Shown here: one piece after another, positions 9,231 through 18,779 of the stretch
Numbering within the stretch: the stretch's first letter is position 1
Layout of the letters: every line of letters begins with the position of its first letter
Source: Alphaproteobacteria bacterium
GTDB taxonomy: Bacteria; Pseudomonadota; Alphaproteobacteria; CACIAM-22H2
Direction: 5' to 3'
DNA length: 64,000 nucleotides
NCBI GenBank assembly: GCA_036394195.1
Contig: DASWFO010000062.1
Span: 18,514-82,513 of the forward strand
Program-made: the position numbers and the translations under genes
The notes under the pieces: model-generated
Seen by the model: only the letters and a program-made list of their open reading frames with translations
Databases searched by the model: none
Told to the model about the DNA's origin: nothing

Positions 9231-9361
9231 TGACGCATTACTGCGGCGCAGCAGCGCCGTGATTTGCGACAAATGCCTAATGTTTCCGCGCGCCGCGCGC
9301 GGATGTAACGTAGCGCTCAGGTCGAGTCGTTGAAGACGACCGCAACATCGGAGCGAACATC

Positions 9362-9733
9362 ATGGCTCTCGCGCCGCTCGAAGTGCTCATTTACGCGCTG
9401 GTGATCACCGGCCAGCCGGTGCCGGCGGAGTGCAATCTCCGTCCCGACAAGACCGTCGCCTGCAGCAACGGCGTCACCGCAGCCGCGACCGGCACCGGTG
9501 TCGGCATGGTCCTGAACGGCACGGTCAGCATTCAGCCGGCGCGCGACGGCAGCCTCTTGTTCAGCAACGGCATCACCGCCTCGCGCGGCTCCGCCGGGTG
9601 GATCCGGTTCTCCACCGGCATCGCGGCGCGCCGCGACACCTCCGGCTATCGCAACAGCTTTCTGGTCGCTCCCGATCTCGTCTGCACCGAGGAGAGCGAG
9701 ACCAAGGCCAGCTGCAAGAAGCGGCCGGAGTAG
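9362..9733 (+). CDS. Hypothetical protein (123 aa) with an N-terminal hydrophobic segment and 4 Cys
   Basis: Amino-acid composition is non-biased (unlike the shadow ORFs). There is no recognisable family. REP elements flank it on both sides. Confidence 0.35.
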   Translation: MALAPLEVLIYALVITGQPVPAECNLRPDKTVACSNGVTAAATGTGVGMVLNGTVSIQPARDGSLLFSNGITASRGSAGWIRFSTGIAARRDTSGYRNSFLVAPDLVCTEESETKASCKKRPE

Positions 9734-9899
9734 CGCGGTTTAAGCGACTTCGATCGCCTTGGGTAGCCCCTCTCCGTGCGAAGCGGGGAGAGGGAAGGGC
9801 CCGCGCAACTTGCGCTGCGTTCGCGGCCTTCAAGGCCGCGGCCGGGCGCGAATAAAGACTTGGGCGGGAGGGTGAGGTGTATTGCCGCCTGCCCGATGT

Positions 9900-9960
9900 C
9901 GGACCCACCTCACCCGCTCGCTGCGCTCGCACCCTCTCCCCCCTAAAGGGCGGAGAGGTC
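9900..9960. repeat. REP family C (cccacctcacccgctc ... gctcgcaccctctcccccctaaagggcggagagg)
   Basis: The identical 34-mer gctcgcaccctctcccccctaaagggcggagagg recurs at ~14722..14755. It recurs inverted at ~15225..15250. A related copy is at 9765..9800. Confidence 0.75.
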
Positions 9961-9991
9961 ATGAGGCAATCGCGGCCGGCTCTTACCTCGT

Positions 9992-10754
9992 CTATCGCGC
10001 GGCGGCCTTGTGGGTCAGGTTGTCGCGGAGAAATTTCGCCACCGCGTCGCGCGCCGCGGATTCGCCGTAGGTGTTATGTCCCTTGCCGCGCAACGCGACG
10101 TTCTGGAACCCGTTACGGGATTCGAACTTGTCGCCGCAGGTTCCCTTGATACGCGGCAGCCAGCGCATGAGCGAGTGCTCGTCATCCCACAGGATCGACA
10201 ATACCGGGATCCCGGCCGGCAAGGAAATGTCCGGCACGCGCTGGCACGTCCAGCTGGAGATGATGGCGCCCCGAATCCCGCCGATCCGGCTCTCGCCCAC
10301 CGCATCGGCGCCCTCGCTGAAGCCCATGACGAAGACGTTGGCCGGGTCCGCCCACGGGCTGGCCTTGATCTGCGCCAGCGCGTAGGCGAGCTCCTCGAGG
10401 CGCATCGGCATGACGGCCGGATTGCGCGCCGGCCAGCAGCTGGGCTCCTTGTTGGCCCGCGCGAAGCGGTCGGGTGCGACGACGATGAAGCCCTGGCTGG
10501 CGACATAGCGCGCCCACGGAATGTCGTTCTCCTGATTCATGCCGCCGCAGCCGTGCATGTAGAGCACCACCGGCCGTCGGCGGTCCGGCGGGAGCTTGTC
10601 GACGCCCATCGAATTCGGATCACCGGGAAGGAAGGCCATGGCCCCCGTCCAGCTCCGCGCCACATCGCTGTCGTCGGCCCGCGGGCGCGCCGACAGCATG
10701 AGCAGCGCCAGCAACGTCGCCGCCAACAGCACCAACTTCAGACTCGATCGAACC
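9992..10754 (-). CDS. Exported alpha/beta-hydrolase (dienelactone-hydrolase-like)
   Basis: The likely TTG start gives the signal peptide (M)SVRSSLKLVLLAATLLALLMLSARPRA. HGCGG and GFSEGA nucleophile-elbow-like motifs are present. The start is uncertain by a few codons. Confidence 0.65.
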
Positions 10755-10936
10755 GACAAGACTCGCCTCCGTAGACTGAAAGCGTGATGCGCTGAAGATG
10801 GCGCGAGGCGAAGCGGCGGCTCAAGTGGCCAAGCGCATGGCCACAGGAAAGTCACGGCGGCCGCCGTCATCAAATCGCCGTAATCGGCGTGCGAGCCGGC
10901 CGCTCCGTCGTCAGCGCCGACATCAGGGCAGCTCAA

Positions 10937-11357
10937 TCAGCCGGCGACGTCGATAACTGCAAACCCTTCCTTCCGCGCCGCCGCCCCCAGGCGATCATCG
11001 AGGGTGATCATTTCCAACGATGTGGGCCGCCGCTCGGCGGCAACGAATGCTGCTGATGCGAGTTGCAACGCATCAGCGGCGCGCAGCGAATGCACGCGAA
11101 GAAATCGGGTGGCCGTTTCCCGGAGAGTATCGCTCGGATCGATCTCGTGCCAACCAGCCGCAAGTTGCTCAAGCCGCCTAAACGCGAGCGTGACCGCCTG
11201 GGAGCCCAATCCACCGTCACGCTCGAGGCGGGCAAGCGCTGAGACGCACTCGACTTCGGATCCCCACCAGACGAGCATGGCGGGATCGTTCGTCGCGAGG
11301 GCCTGGCATCTCCAGCGATCAGAACGGCACGATCGCGGAGGCGTCCCAGAACCTCAC
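10937..11357 (-). pseudogene. vapC: PIN-domain VapC toxin, apparently frameshifted near the N-terminus
   Basis: The main frame (ATG 11278..10937) encodes the PIN C-terminal two-thirds (..LRAADALQLA..TLDDRLGAAARKEGF..). The expected N-terminus VRFWDASAIVPF, including the first catalytic Asp, sits in another frame. That frame starts at a GTG overlapping the antitoxin stop (GTGA) and hits a stop after 12 codons. Confidence 0.45.
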
Positions 11358-11653
11358 CGACCCTCGCGCCGCTCTTCGATGAGGGCCTTCATGGCAGACG
11401 CGTTGCCCTTCGGGCGTGGAGGCTGGTCGGCGAAAAGGGACCGCGGCACAGTGGTGCGGCTTGGCCGTACCACGCCCTCCCGGATGAGCCGCGCCAGTCG
11501 ACCATCATCTCCCGCCCTCAGCCCAGTGGTCACGGGCTCAAGGCGTGCCACCGGGCGTCCGCGATCGACGATCAGCACCGGCGAGCCCCCCTTGAGACCA
11601 TCGATCAAGGCGCGAAGATTATTCTTGGCTTCGGTTATGCTGGCCTTCTTCAT
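11354..11653 (-). CDS. Phd/YefM-family type II antitoxin
   Basis: The N-terminus MKKASITEAKNNLRALIDGLKGGSPVLIVDRGRPVARLEP is typical of Phd/YefM. It is immediately upstream of the PIN toxin. Confidence 0.8.
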   Translation of the reverse strand: MKKASITEAKNNLRALIDGLKGGSPVLIVDRGRPVARLEPVTTGLRAGDDGRLARLIREGVVRPSRTTVPRSLFADQPPRPKGNASAMKALIEERREGR

Positions 11654-11720
11654 TAGCTCTCTCGATATAGACCTTCAAGATTTAATCGGCGTGCCTCCGC
11701 CGCCGCCTCTAGGCGTCGCG

Positions 11721-13040
11721 TCAGGTCGTCAGCTTCTTGATCGCCTCTTCGGCCGCCAGCTCCTCGCGCGCCCCGGTGGCGCGGCGCTTGAGCTCGACCT
11801 TGCCGGCGGCGACGCCACGCGGGCCGATCACCGCCTGCCACGGCAGTCCGATCAGATCCATCGTGGCAAACTTGGCGCCGGCGCTCTCCGTGCGGTCGTC
11901 GTACAGCACCGCTTTGCCGGCGGCCTGCAGCTTCGCGTAGAGATCGGCGCAGGCCGCGTCGCACTTGGCGTCGCCCGACCGCAGATTGATCAGGCCGACG
12001 TCGAACGGGGCCACGCTATCCGGCCAGATGATGCCGCTATTGTCGTGGCTCGCCTCGATGATGGCGCCGACGAGGCGCGACACGCCGATGCCGTACGAGC
12101 CCATCTCGAGCGCGATGGTCTCGCCGTTCGGACCGGCGACGGTCGCCTTCATGGGTGCTGAATATTTCGTGCCGAAATAGAAGATGTGGCCGACCTCGAT
12201 GCCGCGCGCATCGACCAGCCGGTCGCCGAGCTTGGCCGCCGCGGCGGCGTCGTGCTTCTCGTCGGTCGCGGCGTAGAAAGAGGTGAAGCGGTCGACGGCC
12301 GCCTGCATCCCGGCCACGTCGTCGTAGTCGACGTCGACGTTGAGGAAATCCATGTCCAGGAACTGGCGGTCGACATGCACGGCGCTCTCGCCGGTCTCGG
12401 CGAGGATCTGGAATTCGTGGCTGAGGTCGCCGCCGATCGGCCCGGTATCGGCGCGCATCGGAATCGCCTTCAGCCCCATGCGGGCGAAGGTGCGCAAATA
12501 GGCGACGAACATCTTGTTGTAGGAATGCCGCGCCGCTTTCGCGTCGAGATCGAACGAGTATGCGTCCTTCATCAGGAACTCGCGGCCGCGCATGACGCCG
12601 AAGCGCGGGCGCACCTCGTCGCGGAATTTCCACTGGATGTGATAGAGGTTCTTCGGCAGGTCGCGATAGCTCTTGAGCGAGGCGCGGACCACCTCGGTGA
12701 TCAGCTCCTCGTTGGTCGGGCCGTACAGCATGGGCCGCTCGTGGCGGTCGACGATGCGCAGCATCTCCTTGCCGTAGTCCTCGTAGCGGCCCGATTCCTG
12801 CCACAGCTCCGCCGGCTGGATGGTCGGCATCAGGAGCTCCTGCGCGCCGGCGCGGTCCTGCTCCTCGCGCACGATCTGCTCGACCTTCTTCAGCACGCGG
12901 AAGCCGAGCGGCAGCCAGGTGTAGATGCCGGCCGCGGACTGGCGGACCATGCCGGCGCGCAGCATCAGGCGGTGCGAGACGATCTGCGCCTCGCTCGGAT
13001 TCTCGCGCAAGGTGGGCAGGAAGAACTGGGACAGACGCAT
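11721..13040 (-). CDS. proS: Proline--tRNA ligase (short alphaproteobacterial type)
   Basis: The N-terminus [26 protein letters not shown] is canonical for ProRS. Class II aaRS motifs are present. The ORF-track start (GTG 13055) adds 5 codons upstream. Confidence 0.9.
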   Translation of the reverse strand: MRLSQFFLPTLRENPSEAQIVSHRLMLRAGMVRQSAAGIYTWLPLGFRVLKKVEQIVREEQDRAGAQELLMPTIQPAELWQESGRYEDYGKEMLRIVDRHERPMLYGPTNEELITEVVRASLKSYRDLPKNLYHIQWKFRDEVRPRFGVMRGREFLMKDAYSFDLDAKAARHSYNKMFVAYLRTFARMGLKAIPMRADTGPIGGDLSHEFQILAETGESAVHVDRQFLDMDFLNVDVDYDDVAGMQAAVDRFTSFYAATDEKHDAAAAAKLGDRLVDARGIEVGHIFYFGTKYSAPMKATVAGPNGETIALEMGSYGIGVSRLVGAIIEASHDNSGIIWPDSVAPFDVGLINLRSGDAKCDAACADLYAKLQAAGKAVLYDDRTESAGAKFATMDLIGLPWQAVIGPRGVAAGKVELKRRATGAREELAAEEAIKKLTT

Positions 13041-13156
13041 AGGGCTCCTTGACACGCCGAGGGTGGCGCGCGCGGACTTTAATTGCCTGCGGTTCTTATT
13101 GCAAAGCGGTGGCAGACGGCAAAGCGGTGATGTTGCCGACCGCCGACGGTCGAGGA

Positions 13157-13567
13157 TCAGCGCCGCAGCCCGCGCTGCCGGCAGGCCTCGGCGAGCGCCT
13201 TCTGCTCGGTATCGCCGATCGGCTGGCCGTTGAAATAGACCCGCTGGCCCTGGTCCGCGATGGTGATCTGGCCGACGCCCACGGCCGGCAGCAGCAGCCG
13301 GGAGTCGTTCCGAACCCCGTACTTCCGCAGGTCGGCGTAGACGTCGAAGACGTAGGTCTGCGGCATCTGGACCTGGGGCGGGGTCAGGTCGGCCGGTGCG
13401 ACCGCCCGGCCGTAGACGTCCACCCCGGGGGTGTAGGTCACGTCCGGCGCCGGGTTGTGGGCGACCAGCTGGCGGCAGTCCTGCTCGCTGATGGCGACCT
13501 GCTGGGCGGCCGCCGGGGCTGCGCCCGGAAACGCCAAAAGGACCATGGCGGCGACGATCTTCCGCAT
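13157..13567 (-). CDS. Exported hypothetical protein (~136 aa)
   Basis: It has a signal peptide [23 protein letters not shown]. There is no recognisable family. Confidence 0.5.
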   Translation of the reverse strand: MRKIVAAMVLLAFPGAAPAAAQQVAISEQDCRQLVAHNPAPDVTYTPGVDVYGRAVAPADLTPPQVQMPQTYVFDVYADLRKYGVRNDSRLLLPAVGVGQITIADQGQRVYFNGQPIGDTEQKALAEACRQRGLRR

Positions 13568-13684
13568 ATCCAAGTATAGCTCTATTTCAAAAACGCGGCG
13601 TTCTGGGGTGTTATATTTGTTTTATACGCATACGAATGAAATAAGTTTCGTGACAGCACGTTTGCGGATGGCTATAGTTTTCTT

Positions 13685-13779
13685 CCCTAAGGAACAACGC
13701 CAAGCAAACGCTGGCACGGACCAAGTTTAGGGAGCTGCGTCTCAAGTCCGGATCGGAAACGATCCGGACTTGTTTCGTT
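13685..13779 (+). ncRNA. Candidate small RNA (~95 nt), delimited by a sigma70-like promoter and an intrinsic terminator in an AT-rich intergenic island
   Basis: The -35 is GTGACA (13650-13655). A 17-bp spacer follows, then the -10 TATAGT (13673-13678). A 5' stem pairs ccctaa (13685-90) with ttaggg (13725-30). A 12-bp GC-rich hairpin with a GAAA tetraloop (13744-13771) is followed by gTTTcgTT. No ORF is present, and the region is markedly AT-rich versus the genome. Confidence 0.35.
13744..13779 (+). terminator. Rho-independent terminator (aagtccggatcg-GAAA-cgatccggactt + T-tract)
   Basis: It is a perfect 12-bp stem with a GNRA loop and a downstream T-rich tract on the plus strand only. Confidence 0.55.
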
Positions 13780-13827
13780 AAGGGCCCCCGCAAGTCCTTG
13801 GAATCGCCTATTTTTTAGGCAACCAGG

Positions 13828-14391
13828 TCAATAGCGGAACCCCTTGGCCGCAAGCCAGGGCGGCTTCAGGCGGGCGATTTTCCGCTGCACCGCGCAGTCC
13901 GCCCGGTGCGCGCCGGGCAGATAGCCGATGCTCATCAGGAACTCGCCGACGATCTCACCGCCGGTGAACTTGAAGGTCTGGCCGAAGAGCTTCACCCAGT
14001 CGGCCTTGCGGCGCGGATGATGGGCCGCGATCCAAGCGGCGAACGAGCCGTGGCTGTCGGCGAGGGCGCGGATGCGCCGCGCGTTCTCGATCGCGGCGGC
14101 GACCTTCAGCCGGTTGCGAACGATGCCGGCGTCGGCGAGCAGGCGGGCCTCGTCCCGGGCCGTGAAGCGCGCCACCTTCGCCACGTCGAAGTTCCGGAAC
14201 GCCTTCCGGAAGGCGTCGCGCTTCTGCAGCATCAACAGCCACGACAGGCCGGCCTGGTTGATCTCCAGCACCAGCCGCTCGAACAGCTGATTGTCATCGT
14301 CCAGCGGAAAGCCGTATTCGGCGTCGTGATACGGCCCGTGGACCGGATGACCCGGTGCGATGTCGCAATAGGTCGAAGCCGCCCCACCCAT
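13828..14391 (-). CDS. tag: DNA-3-methyladenine glycosylase I
   Basis: The 187-aa ORF carries the Tag family signature (..ERLVLEINQAGLSW..), including the Zn-binding Cys/His pattern. Confidence 0.85.
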   Translation of the reverse strand: MGGAASTYCDIAPGHPVHGPYHDAEYGFPLDDDNQLFERLVLEINQAGLSWLLMLQKRDAFRKAFRNFDVAKVARFTARDEARLLADAGIVRNRLKVAAAIENARRIRALADSHGSFAAWIAAHHPRRKADWVKLFGQTFKFTGGEIVGEFLMSIGYLPGAHRADCAVQRKIARLKPPWLAAKGFRY

Positions 14392-14392
14392 C

Positions 14393-14629
14393 TCATGGCT
14401 CCCGGAAGGAGATGAACCCGGCGTCGATGAACCAGTAAAGCGCCGCGAAGAGCACGCCGGACACCAGCGTCGTCACGGCGAATTTCAGCACGATGCGCGG
14501 CTTTTCCGGCGCGCCCACCTGATGCCCCGGCTGCGGATTGTCGGCCGGCCGGACACCCCATGGCAGCACGGTGAACAGCACCAGCCACCACAACACGACA
14601 TACACCATGATGCCGGTGGCGAGGCTCAT
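14393..14629 (-). CDS. Small membrane protein, DUF1467-like
   Basis: An internal ATG gives a 78-aa protein with two TM helices (MSLATGIMVYVVLWWLVLFTVLPWGVRP...). This protein is conserved downstream of tag/mce in Rhizobiales. Confidence 0.55.
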   Translation of the reverse strand: MSLATGIMVYVVLWWLVLFTVLPWGVRPADNPQPGHQVGAPEKPRIVLKFAVTTLVSGVLFAALYWFIDAGFISFREP

Positions 14630-14639
14630 GACGCAAAAC

Positions 14640-14812
14640 TCGACGCGGCTTTGTTCCGAAGAGCCCACCTCACCCGCTCCCGGGGTGCAGGGGGCTTCGC
14701 TCCCTGAAAAAGATAAGGGGGCTCGCACCCTCTCCCCCCTAAAGGGCGGAGAGGGTTAGAGGGGTCCCCCCCCTCAAGGGGGGAGGGGCGATTTGAGTGG
14801 ATCGCCTCCACG
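14640..14812. repeat. Composite REP element (family C plus a palindrome)
   Basis: It contains cccacctcacccgctc, gctcgcaccctctcccccctaaagggcggagagg and the palindrome cccccctcaaggggggagggg. Confidence 0.7.
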
Positions 14813-14816
14813 TTGC

Positions 14817-15221
14817 TCACGCCTGCTCGAGCTCGATCAGGGTGCCGCTGAAGTCCTTGGGATGGAGGAACAGCACCGGCTTGTCGTGGGCACCGGTCTT
14901 CGGCTCGCCGTCGCCGATGACGCGCGCGCCTTTGCGCTTCAGCGCATCGCGCGCCGCATAGATGTCGTCGACCTCGTAGCACACGTGGTGCATGCCGCCG
15001 GACGGATGATCGGCCAGGAACCGGGCAATCGGCGAGCGCTCGCCGAGCGGATGCAGGAGCTCGATCTTGGTGTTCGGCAGCTCGACGAACACGGTGGTGA
15101 CGCCGTGCGCCGGCAGATCGACGGGCGGCGAGACCTTGGCGCCGAGCGTGTTGCGATACGTCGCCGCCGCCGCGGCCAGATCCGGGACCACGATGGCGAC
15201 GTGATTGAGGCGTCCGATCAT
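14817..15221 (-). CDS. mce: Methylmalonyl-CoA epimerase (glyoxalase/VOC fold)
   Basis: The 134-aa ORF starts MIGRLNHVAIVVPDLAAAAATYRNTLGA... with the paired VOC metal-binding modules. Confidence 0.8.
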   Translation of the reverse strand: MIGRLNHVAIVVPDLAAAAATYRNTLGAKVSPPVDLPAHGVTTVFVELPNTKIELLHPLGERSPIARFLADHPSGGMHHVCYEVDDIYAARDALKRKGARVIGDGEPKTGAHDKPVLFLHPKDFSGTLIELEQA

Positions 15222-15378
15222 TGACCCTCTCCGCCCTTTAGGGGGAGCGGCAAGTACGCTCCGTTTCTTCCTTCGTCATTCCCGCGAAAGCGGAAATCCA
15301 TGGTTCAGCGGCACGATGGATGCCCGCCTTCGCGGGCATGACGGAAAAGAAAACGTTCGTCGCAACCATCACGAGATA
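15222..15378. repeat. REP elements: an inverted family C copy plus family D (catgcccgccttcgcgggcatgac hairpin)
   Basis: ccctctccgccctttagggggag is the reverse complement of the family C core. The perfect hairpin gtcattcccgcgaaagcggaaat / gcccgccttcgcgggc is present. Confidence 0.65.
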
Positions 15379-17067
15379 TTAAACCCGCACCAGGTGGACG
15401 TCGACGACGGGGCGGCCGGGGCGGCGCTCGCGGATCGCCTGGCGGACGGCGCGGCGTACCGAATCCTCGACCCGCTCGTCATCGGCGTCGCGTCCGGCCT
15501 TGGCGACGCCCTCTTCGATCGCGGCGACGATCTCGCTGGCAAAATCGAGATCGGCTTCGGGATCGAGCAGGCCGGGGGCCGAGATCTTGGGCGTGGTCGC
15601 CAGCCGCCCCTTGCGGTCGAGCACCACCGTGGCGACCACCGCCCCGTTCCACATCAGGCGCGTGCGGCCGCGCAGCACCGAGCCGCCGACCGGCAGCAGG
15701 CGGTCGCCGTCGGCGGCGAGACGGCCGGCCGGGACGTGGTCCACGATCTCCGGCCCGTCGGGCGCCAGGCGGATCAGGGTGCCGTTCTCCGGCACCAGCG
15801 CGTATGGCACCTGGCAGGCCTTGGCCAGCTCGGCATGGGCCTGCATGTGGCGCTGCTCGCCATGCACCGGGATCGCGATGCGCGGCCGCACCCATTGGTA
15901 CATGCGCGTGAGCTCGCCGCGCGCCGGGTGGCCGGACACATGGATCAACGGATGCGTGTCGTCGGTGATGATCTCGGCGCCGAGCCGCGCGAGCGCGTTC
16001 TGCAGCCGCAGAATGTTGCGCTCGTTGCCGGGAATGACGCGCGAGGAGAAAATCACCGTGTCGCCGCGCTCCAGAACCACGTGCGGATGCTCGTCCGCGG
16101 CGATCCGCGAGAGGGCCGCCCGCGCCTCGCCCTGGCTGCCGGTGCAGATCATGACCACCTTGTCACGCGGCAGGAATCCGGCGTCGCGCTCGTCGACGAA
16201 CTGCGGCAGGTCCTGCAGGTAGCCGGTCTCCTTGGCCGCGTCGTGGATGCGCCAGAGCGAGCGGCCGACCAGGGCGCAGTGCCGGCCGTGTTGGGCCGCG
16301 GCGACGGCGATCGACTCCACCCGCGCCACGTTCGAGGCGAAGCATCCGACGGCGACGCGGCCCTGGCAGCGTCCGATCACCTCGATCAGCGTCTCGCGGA
16401 CGGTCGCCTCGGAGCCCGATTCGCCGGGGCGCATGGCGTTGGTGGAGTCGCCGATCATCGCCAGCACGCCATCGTCGCCGATGGCGCGCAGCTTCGCATC
16501 GTCGGTCAGGTCGCCGATCAGCGGCTCGGGATCGATCTTCCAGTCGCCGGTGTGGAACACCGCACCGGCGGGGGTGCGGATCGCCAGCCCGTTGGGCTCC
16601 AGGATCGAGTGCGTGAGGGTCACCATCTCGAGATCGAACGGGCCGACGTTGAAGCGGCCGCCCAACGGCACCTCGGTGATCTCGACCTCGCCGGCAAAAT
16701 CGGTCTCCTCCAGCTTGCGGCGGAGGAACGCGGCGGTGAACGGCGTCGCCCAGATCGGGCAGCGCAGCTGCGGCCACAGATACTGCACGGCGCCGATATG
16801 GTCTTCGTGCGCGTGGGTCAGCACCAGGCCGACCAGCTGGTCGCGGCGTTCGACGATGAATTGCGGGTCGGGCATCATCACCTCGACCCCGGGCACGCCG
16901 TCGTCGGCGAAGGTGACGCCGAGATCGACCATCAGCCACTTGCCGCCATATTCGTAGAGATTGAGATTCATCCCGATCTCGCCCGAGCCGCCGAGCGGCA
17001 GGAAATGCAGATAGGGACCCCGACCGGACCGCGCAGGACCGGACGGACGGGAGGCGTCGGCGCTCAT
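15379..17067 (-). CDS. rnj: Ribonuclease J (metallo-beta-lactamase/beta-CASP RNase)
   Basis: HAHEDH plus beta-CASP motifs are present. An internal ATG (MSADASRPS...) is the true start, and it overlaps the coaX stop (ATGA). The 220-codon upstream extension in the track is Arg-rich shadow sequence. Confidence 0.9.
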   Translation of the reverse strand: MSADASRPSGPARSGRGPYLHFLPLGGSGEIGMNLNLYEYGGKWLMVDLGVTFADDGVPGVEVMMPDPQFIVERRDQLVGLVLTHAHEDHIGAVQYLWPQLRCPIWATPFTAAFLRRKLEETDFAGEVEITEVPLGGRFNVGPFDLEMVTLTHSILEPNGLAIRTPAGAVFHTGDWKIDPEPLIGDLTDDAKLRAIGDDGVLAMIGDSTNAMRPGESGSEATVRETLIEVIGRCQGRVAVGCFASNVARVESIAVAAAQHGRHCALVGRSLWRIHDAAKETGYLQDLPQFVDERDAGFLPRDKVVMICTGSQGEARAALSRIAADEHPHVVLERGDTVIFSSRVIPGNERNILRLQNALARLGAEIITDDTHPLIHVSGHPARGELTRMYQWVRPRIAIPVHGEQRHMQAHAELAKACQVPYALVPENGTLIRLAPDGPEIVDHVPAGRLAADGDRLLPVGGSVLRGRTRLMWNGAVVATVVLDRKGRLATTPKISAPGLLDPEADLDFASEIVAAIEEGVAKAGRDADDERVEDSVRRAVRQAIRERRPGRPVVDVHLVRV

Positions 17068-17849
17068 GTCGGGGCTGCGCTGGGCCGGTTGAGCTTGTAG
17101 ATGTCGACGAGTCCCTTGAGCGTCAGGTCGATATCGACGTGCTGGATGCACGGCGTCGCATCGGCGACCAGCGGCACCAGGCCGCCGGTGCCGATCACGG
17201 TCATCTTGCGCCCCCACTCGGCTTCGATGCGGCTGACCAGCCCTTCGATCAGGCCGATATAGCCCCAGAAGATTCCGGTCTGCATGGCGCCGACGGTGGT
17301 CTTGCCGATCACCTGGGCCGGGCGGCGGATCTCGATGCGCGGCAGCTTGGCCGCCCCCATATAGAGGGCTTCGAATGCCAGATTGATGCCGGGGGCGATG
17401 GCGCCGCCGCAGTAATTGCCGGCCTCGTCGATGACGTCGAACGTGGTCGCGGTGCCGAGATCGACGACGATTCCGGGCATCTTGTAGCGGTTGCGGGCCC
17501 CGGCGGCATTGGCGAGACGATCGGCACCGGCCTCCTCCGGCCGGTCGAGCTTCACCTGAAATCCGATCTTGACCGCCAGATCGCCGACCGCGACCGGCTC
17601 GCTCTTGAAATAGCGGCGGCACAGCGACACCAGGTTGAAGCTCGCCTGCGGCACGACATTCGACAGGACCACGCCGTCGATGTCGGCGAATTTCAGGCCT
17701 TCCAAGGCCATCAGATGCGTGAGCCACACCGCGTATTCATCGGCGGTCCGCCGGGGATCGGTCGAGATCCGCCACGCGGCGCGCCTGGTCTCGCCGTCGA
17801 AGGCGCCGAACACCGTGTTGGTGTTGTTCGAGTTGATGACCAGCAGCAC
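17064..17849 (-). CDS. coaX: Type III pantothenate kinase
   Basis: GTG start (V)LLVINSNNTNTVFGAF... with ASKHA-fold motifs (DLGTATTFD). Confidence 0.85.
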   Translation of the reverse strand: MLLVINSNNTNTVFGAFDGETRRAAWRISTDPRRTADEYAVWLTHLMALEGLKFADIDGVVLSNVVPQASFNLVSLCRRYFKSEPVAVGDLAVKIGFQVKLDRPEEAGADRLANAAGARNRYKMPGIVVDLGTATTFDVIDEAGNYCGGAIAPGINLAFEALYMGAAKLPRIEIRRPAQVIGKTTVGAMQTGIFWGYIGLIEGLVSRIEAEWGRKMTVIGTGGLVPLVADATPCIQHVDIDLTLKGLVDIYKLNRPSAAPT

Positions 17850-17886
17850 GCGCGATTCCGATCCGAAATGGCCTAGCCGAAGCGGC

Positions 17887-18657
17887 CTAGCCGAAGAACA
17901 CGTCGCCGGCGGTGATCCGCCGGACGTCGCCGCCCGGCGTCTCCGGCCCGAGAAGGAGGGCGCCGTCGGCGTCGAGGTCGATGAATGTGCCCTGCAGCGT
18001 CGACTTCGGCAACCGGACCGTGACCCGGCCGCCACGCCCCTTGGCGCGGGCCAGCCAAGCCAGGCGGATCGGCGCAAACCCCTCAGCCTGCCAGCGCGTT
18101 GTCCAATCGAGGAAATCGGCCGTAAAACCCGCCAGGAGGGCCTCGACCGCAACACCGTCCTGCTCCGACAATGCGGCGGCCGGAAGCTCGGTTCCCGCAG
18201 GCGCCGTGGCGACGTTCACGCCCAGGCCCAGCACCAGCCAGTCGAGCGCCGCGGCGTCGCTCTCCGCCTCGATCAGGATACCGGCGAGCTTCCGTCCGCC
18301 GAGCAAAACGTCGTTCGGCCATTTGAACGCCAAGTCCAGGCCGGGGGCGAGTCGGTCCAGGGCCGCGGCCAGCGCCAGGGCCGCGACGAAACCGAGCTCG
18401 GCGGCGCGGCCAGCCGGGCAGCCCGGCCGCAGGATCAGCGACAGGTAGAGGTTGCCTTCGGGCGAGATCCAGGTGCGGCCGCTCCGCCCCTTCCCCGCCG
18501 TCTGGGTCCGCGCCCACACCAGGGTCTTGTCGGCGGCACCGGCGCGCGCCAGGCGCTTGGCCTCTTCATTGGTGCTGCCGATGCTGTCGAGTGCGCTCAG
18601 CCGATAGGACGGCGGGAGGGTGATGTTGTTGTTCGTCACAGAATTTCCAGCCGGCAT
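17887..18657 (-). CDS. birA: Biotin--[acetyl-CoA-carboxylase] ligase (BirA catalytic domain, no HTH)
   Basis: The 256-aa ORF starts at MPAGNSV... and carries the GRGRRGR-like GKGRSGRTW motif and KWPND. Confidence 0.8.
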   Translation of the reverse strand: MPAGNSVTNNNITLPPSYRLSALDSIGSTNEEAKRLARAGAADKTLVWARTQTAGKGRSGRTWISPEGNLYLSLILRPGCPAGRAAELGFVAALALAAALDRLAPGLDLAFKWPNDVLLGGRKLAGILIEAESDAAALDWLVLGLGVNVATAPAGTELPAAALSEQDGVAVEALLAGFTADFLDWTTRWQAEGFAPIRLAWLARAKGRGGRVTVRLPKSTLQGTFIDLDADGALLLGPETPGGDVRRITAGDVFFG

Positions 18658-18779
18658 CGCGCTGACTCCCACCCCCCACCCTACCCTCCCCCGCAAGGGG
18701 GAGGGATTTCGATCATGCTTGCTGCCCTGGATCCCCGCCTTCGCGGGGATGACACGAGCATGCGAGGCGCATGCTCGTG
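18658..18779. repeat. REP family D copy (atccccgccttcgcggggatgac) plus the palindrome ccctcccccgcaagggggaggg
   Basis: Inverted repeats are seen directly in the birA-nuoN spacer. Confidence 0.65.

Noticed and set aside
13801-13822. Hairpin gcctatttttt aggc just downstream of tag as a second terminator or sRNA
   Set aside because: The stem is only 5 bp and the context is ambiguous. It is probably a weak minus-strand terminator for tag and not a separate feature.
15379-17727. The very long N-terminal extensions reported for several ORFs: rnj 782 aa, copA 900 aa, nuoE 523 aa, nuoD 518 aa, and the 17887..20391 and 18780..21551 composites.
   Set aside because: The extensions are low-complexity Arg-rich sequence, and they overlap the upstream gene, which reads out of frame. 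The ORF caller starts at the first ATG/GTG/TTG after a stop. Conserved N-termini and ATGA/GTGA overlaps place the true starts internally.
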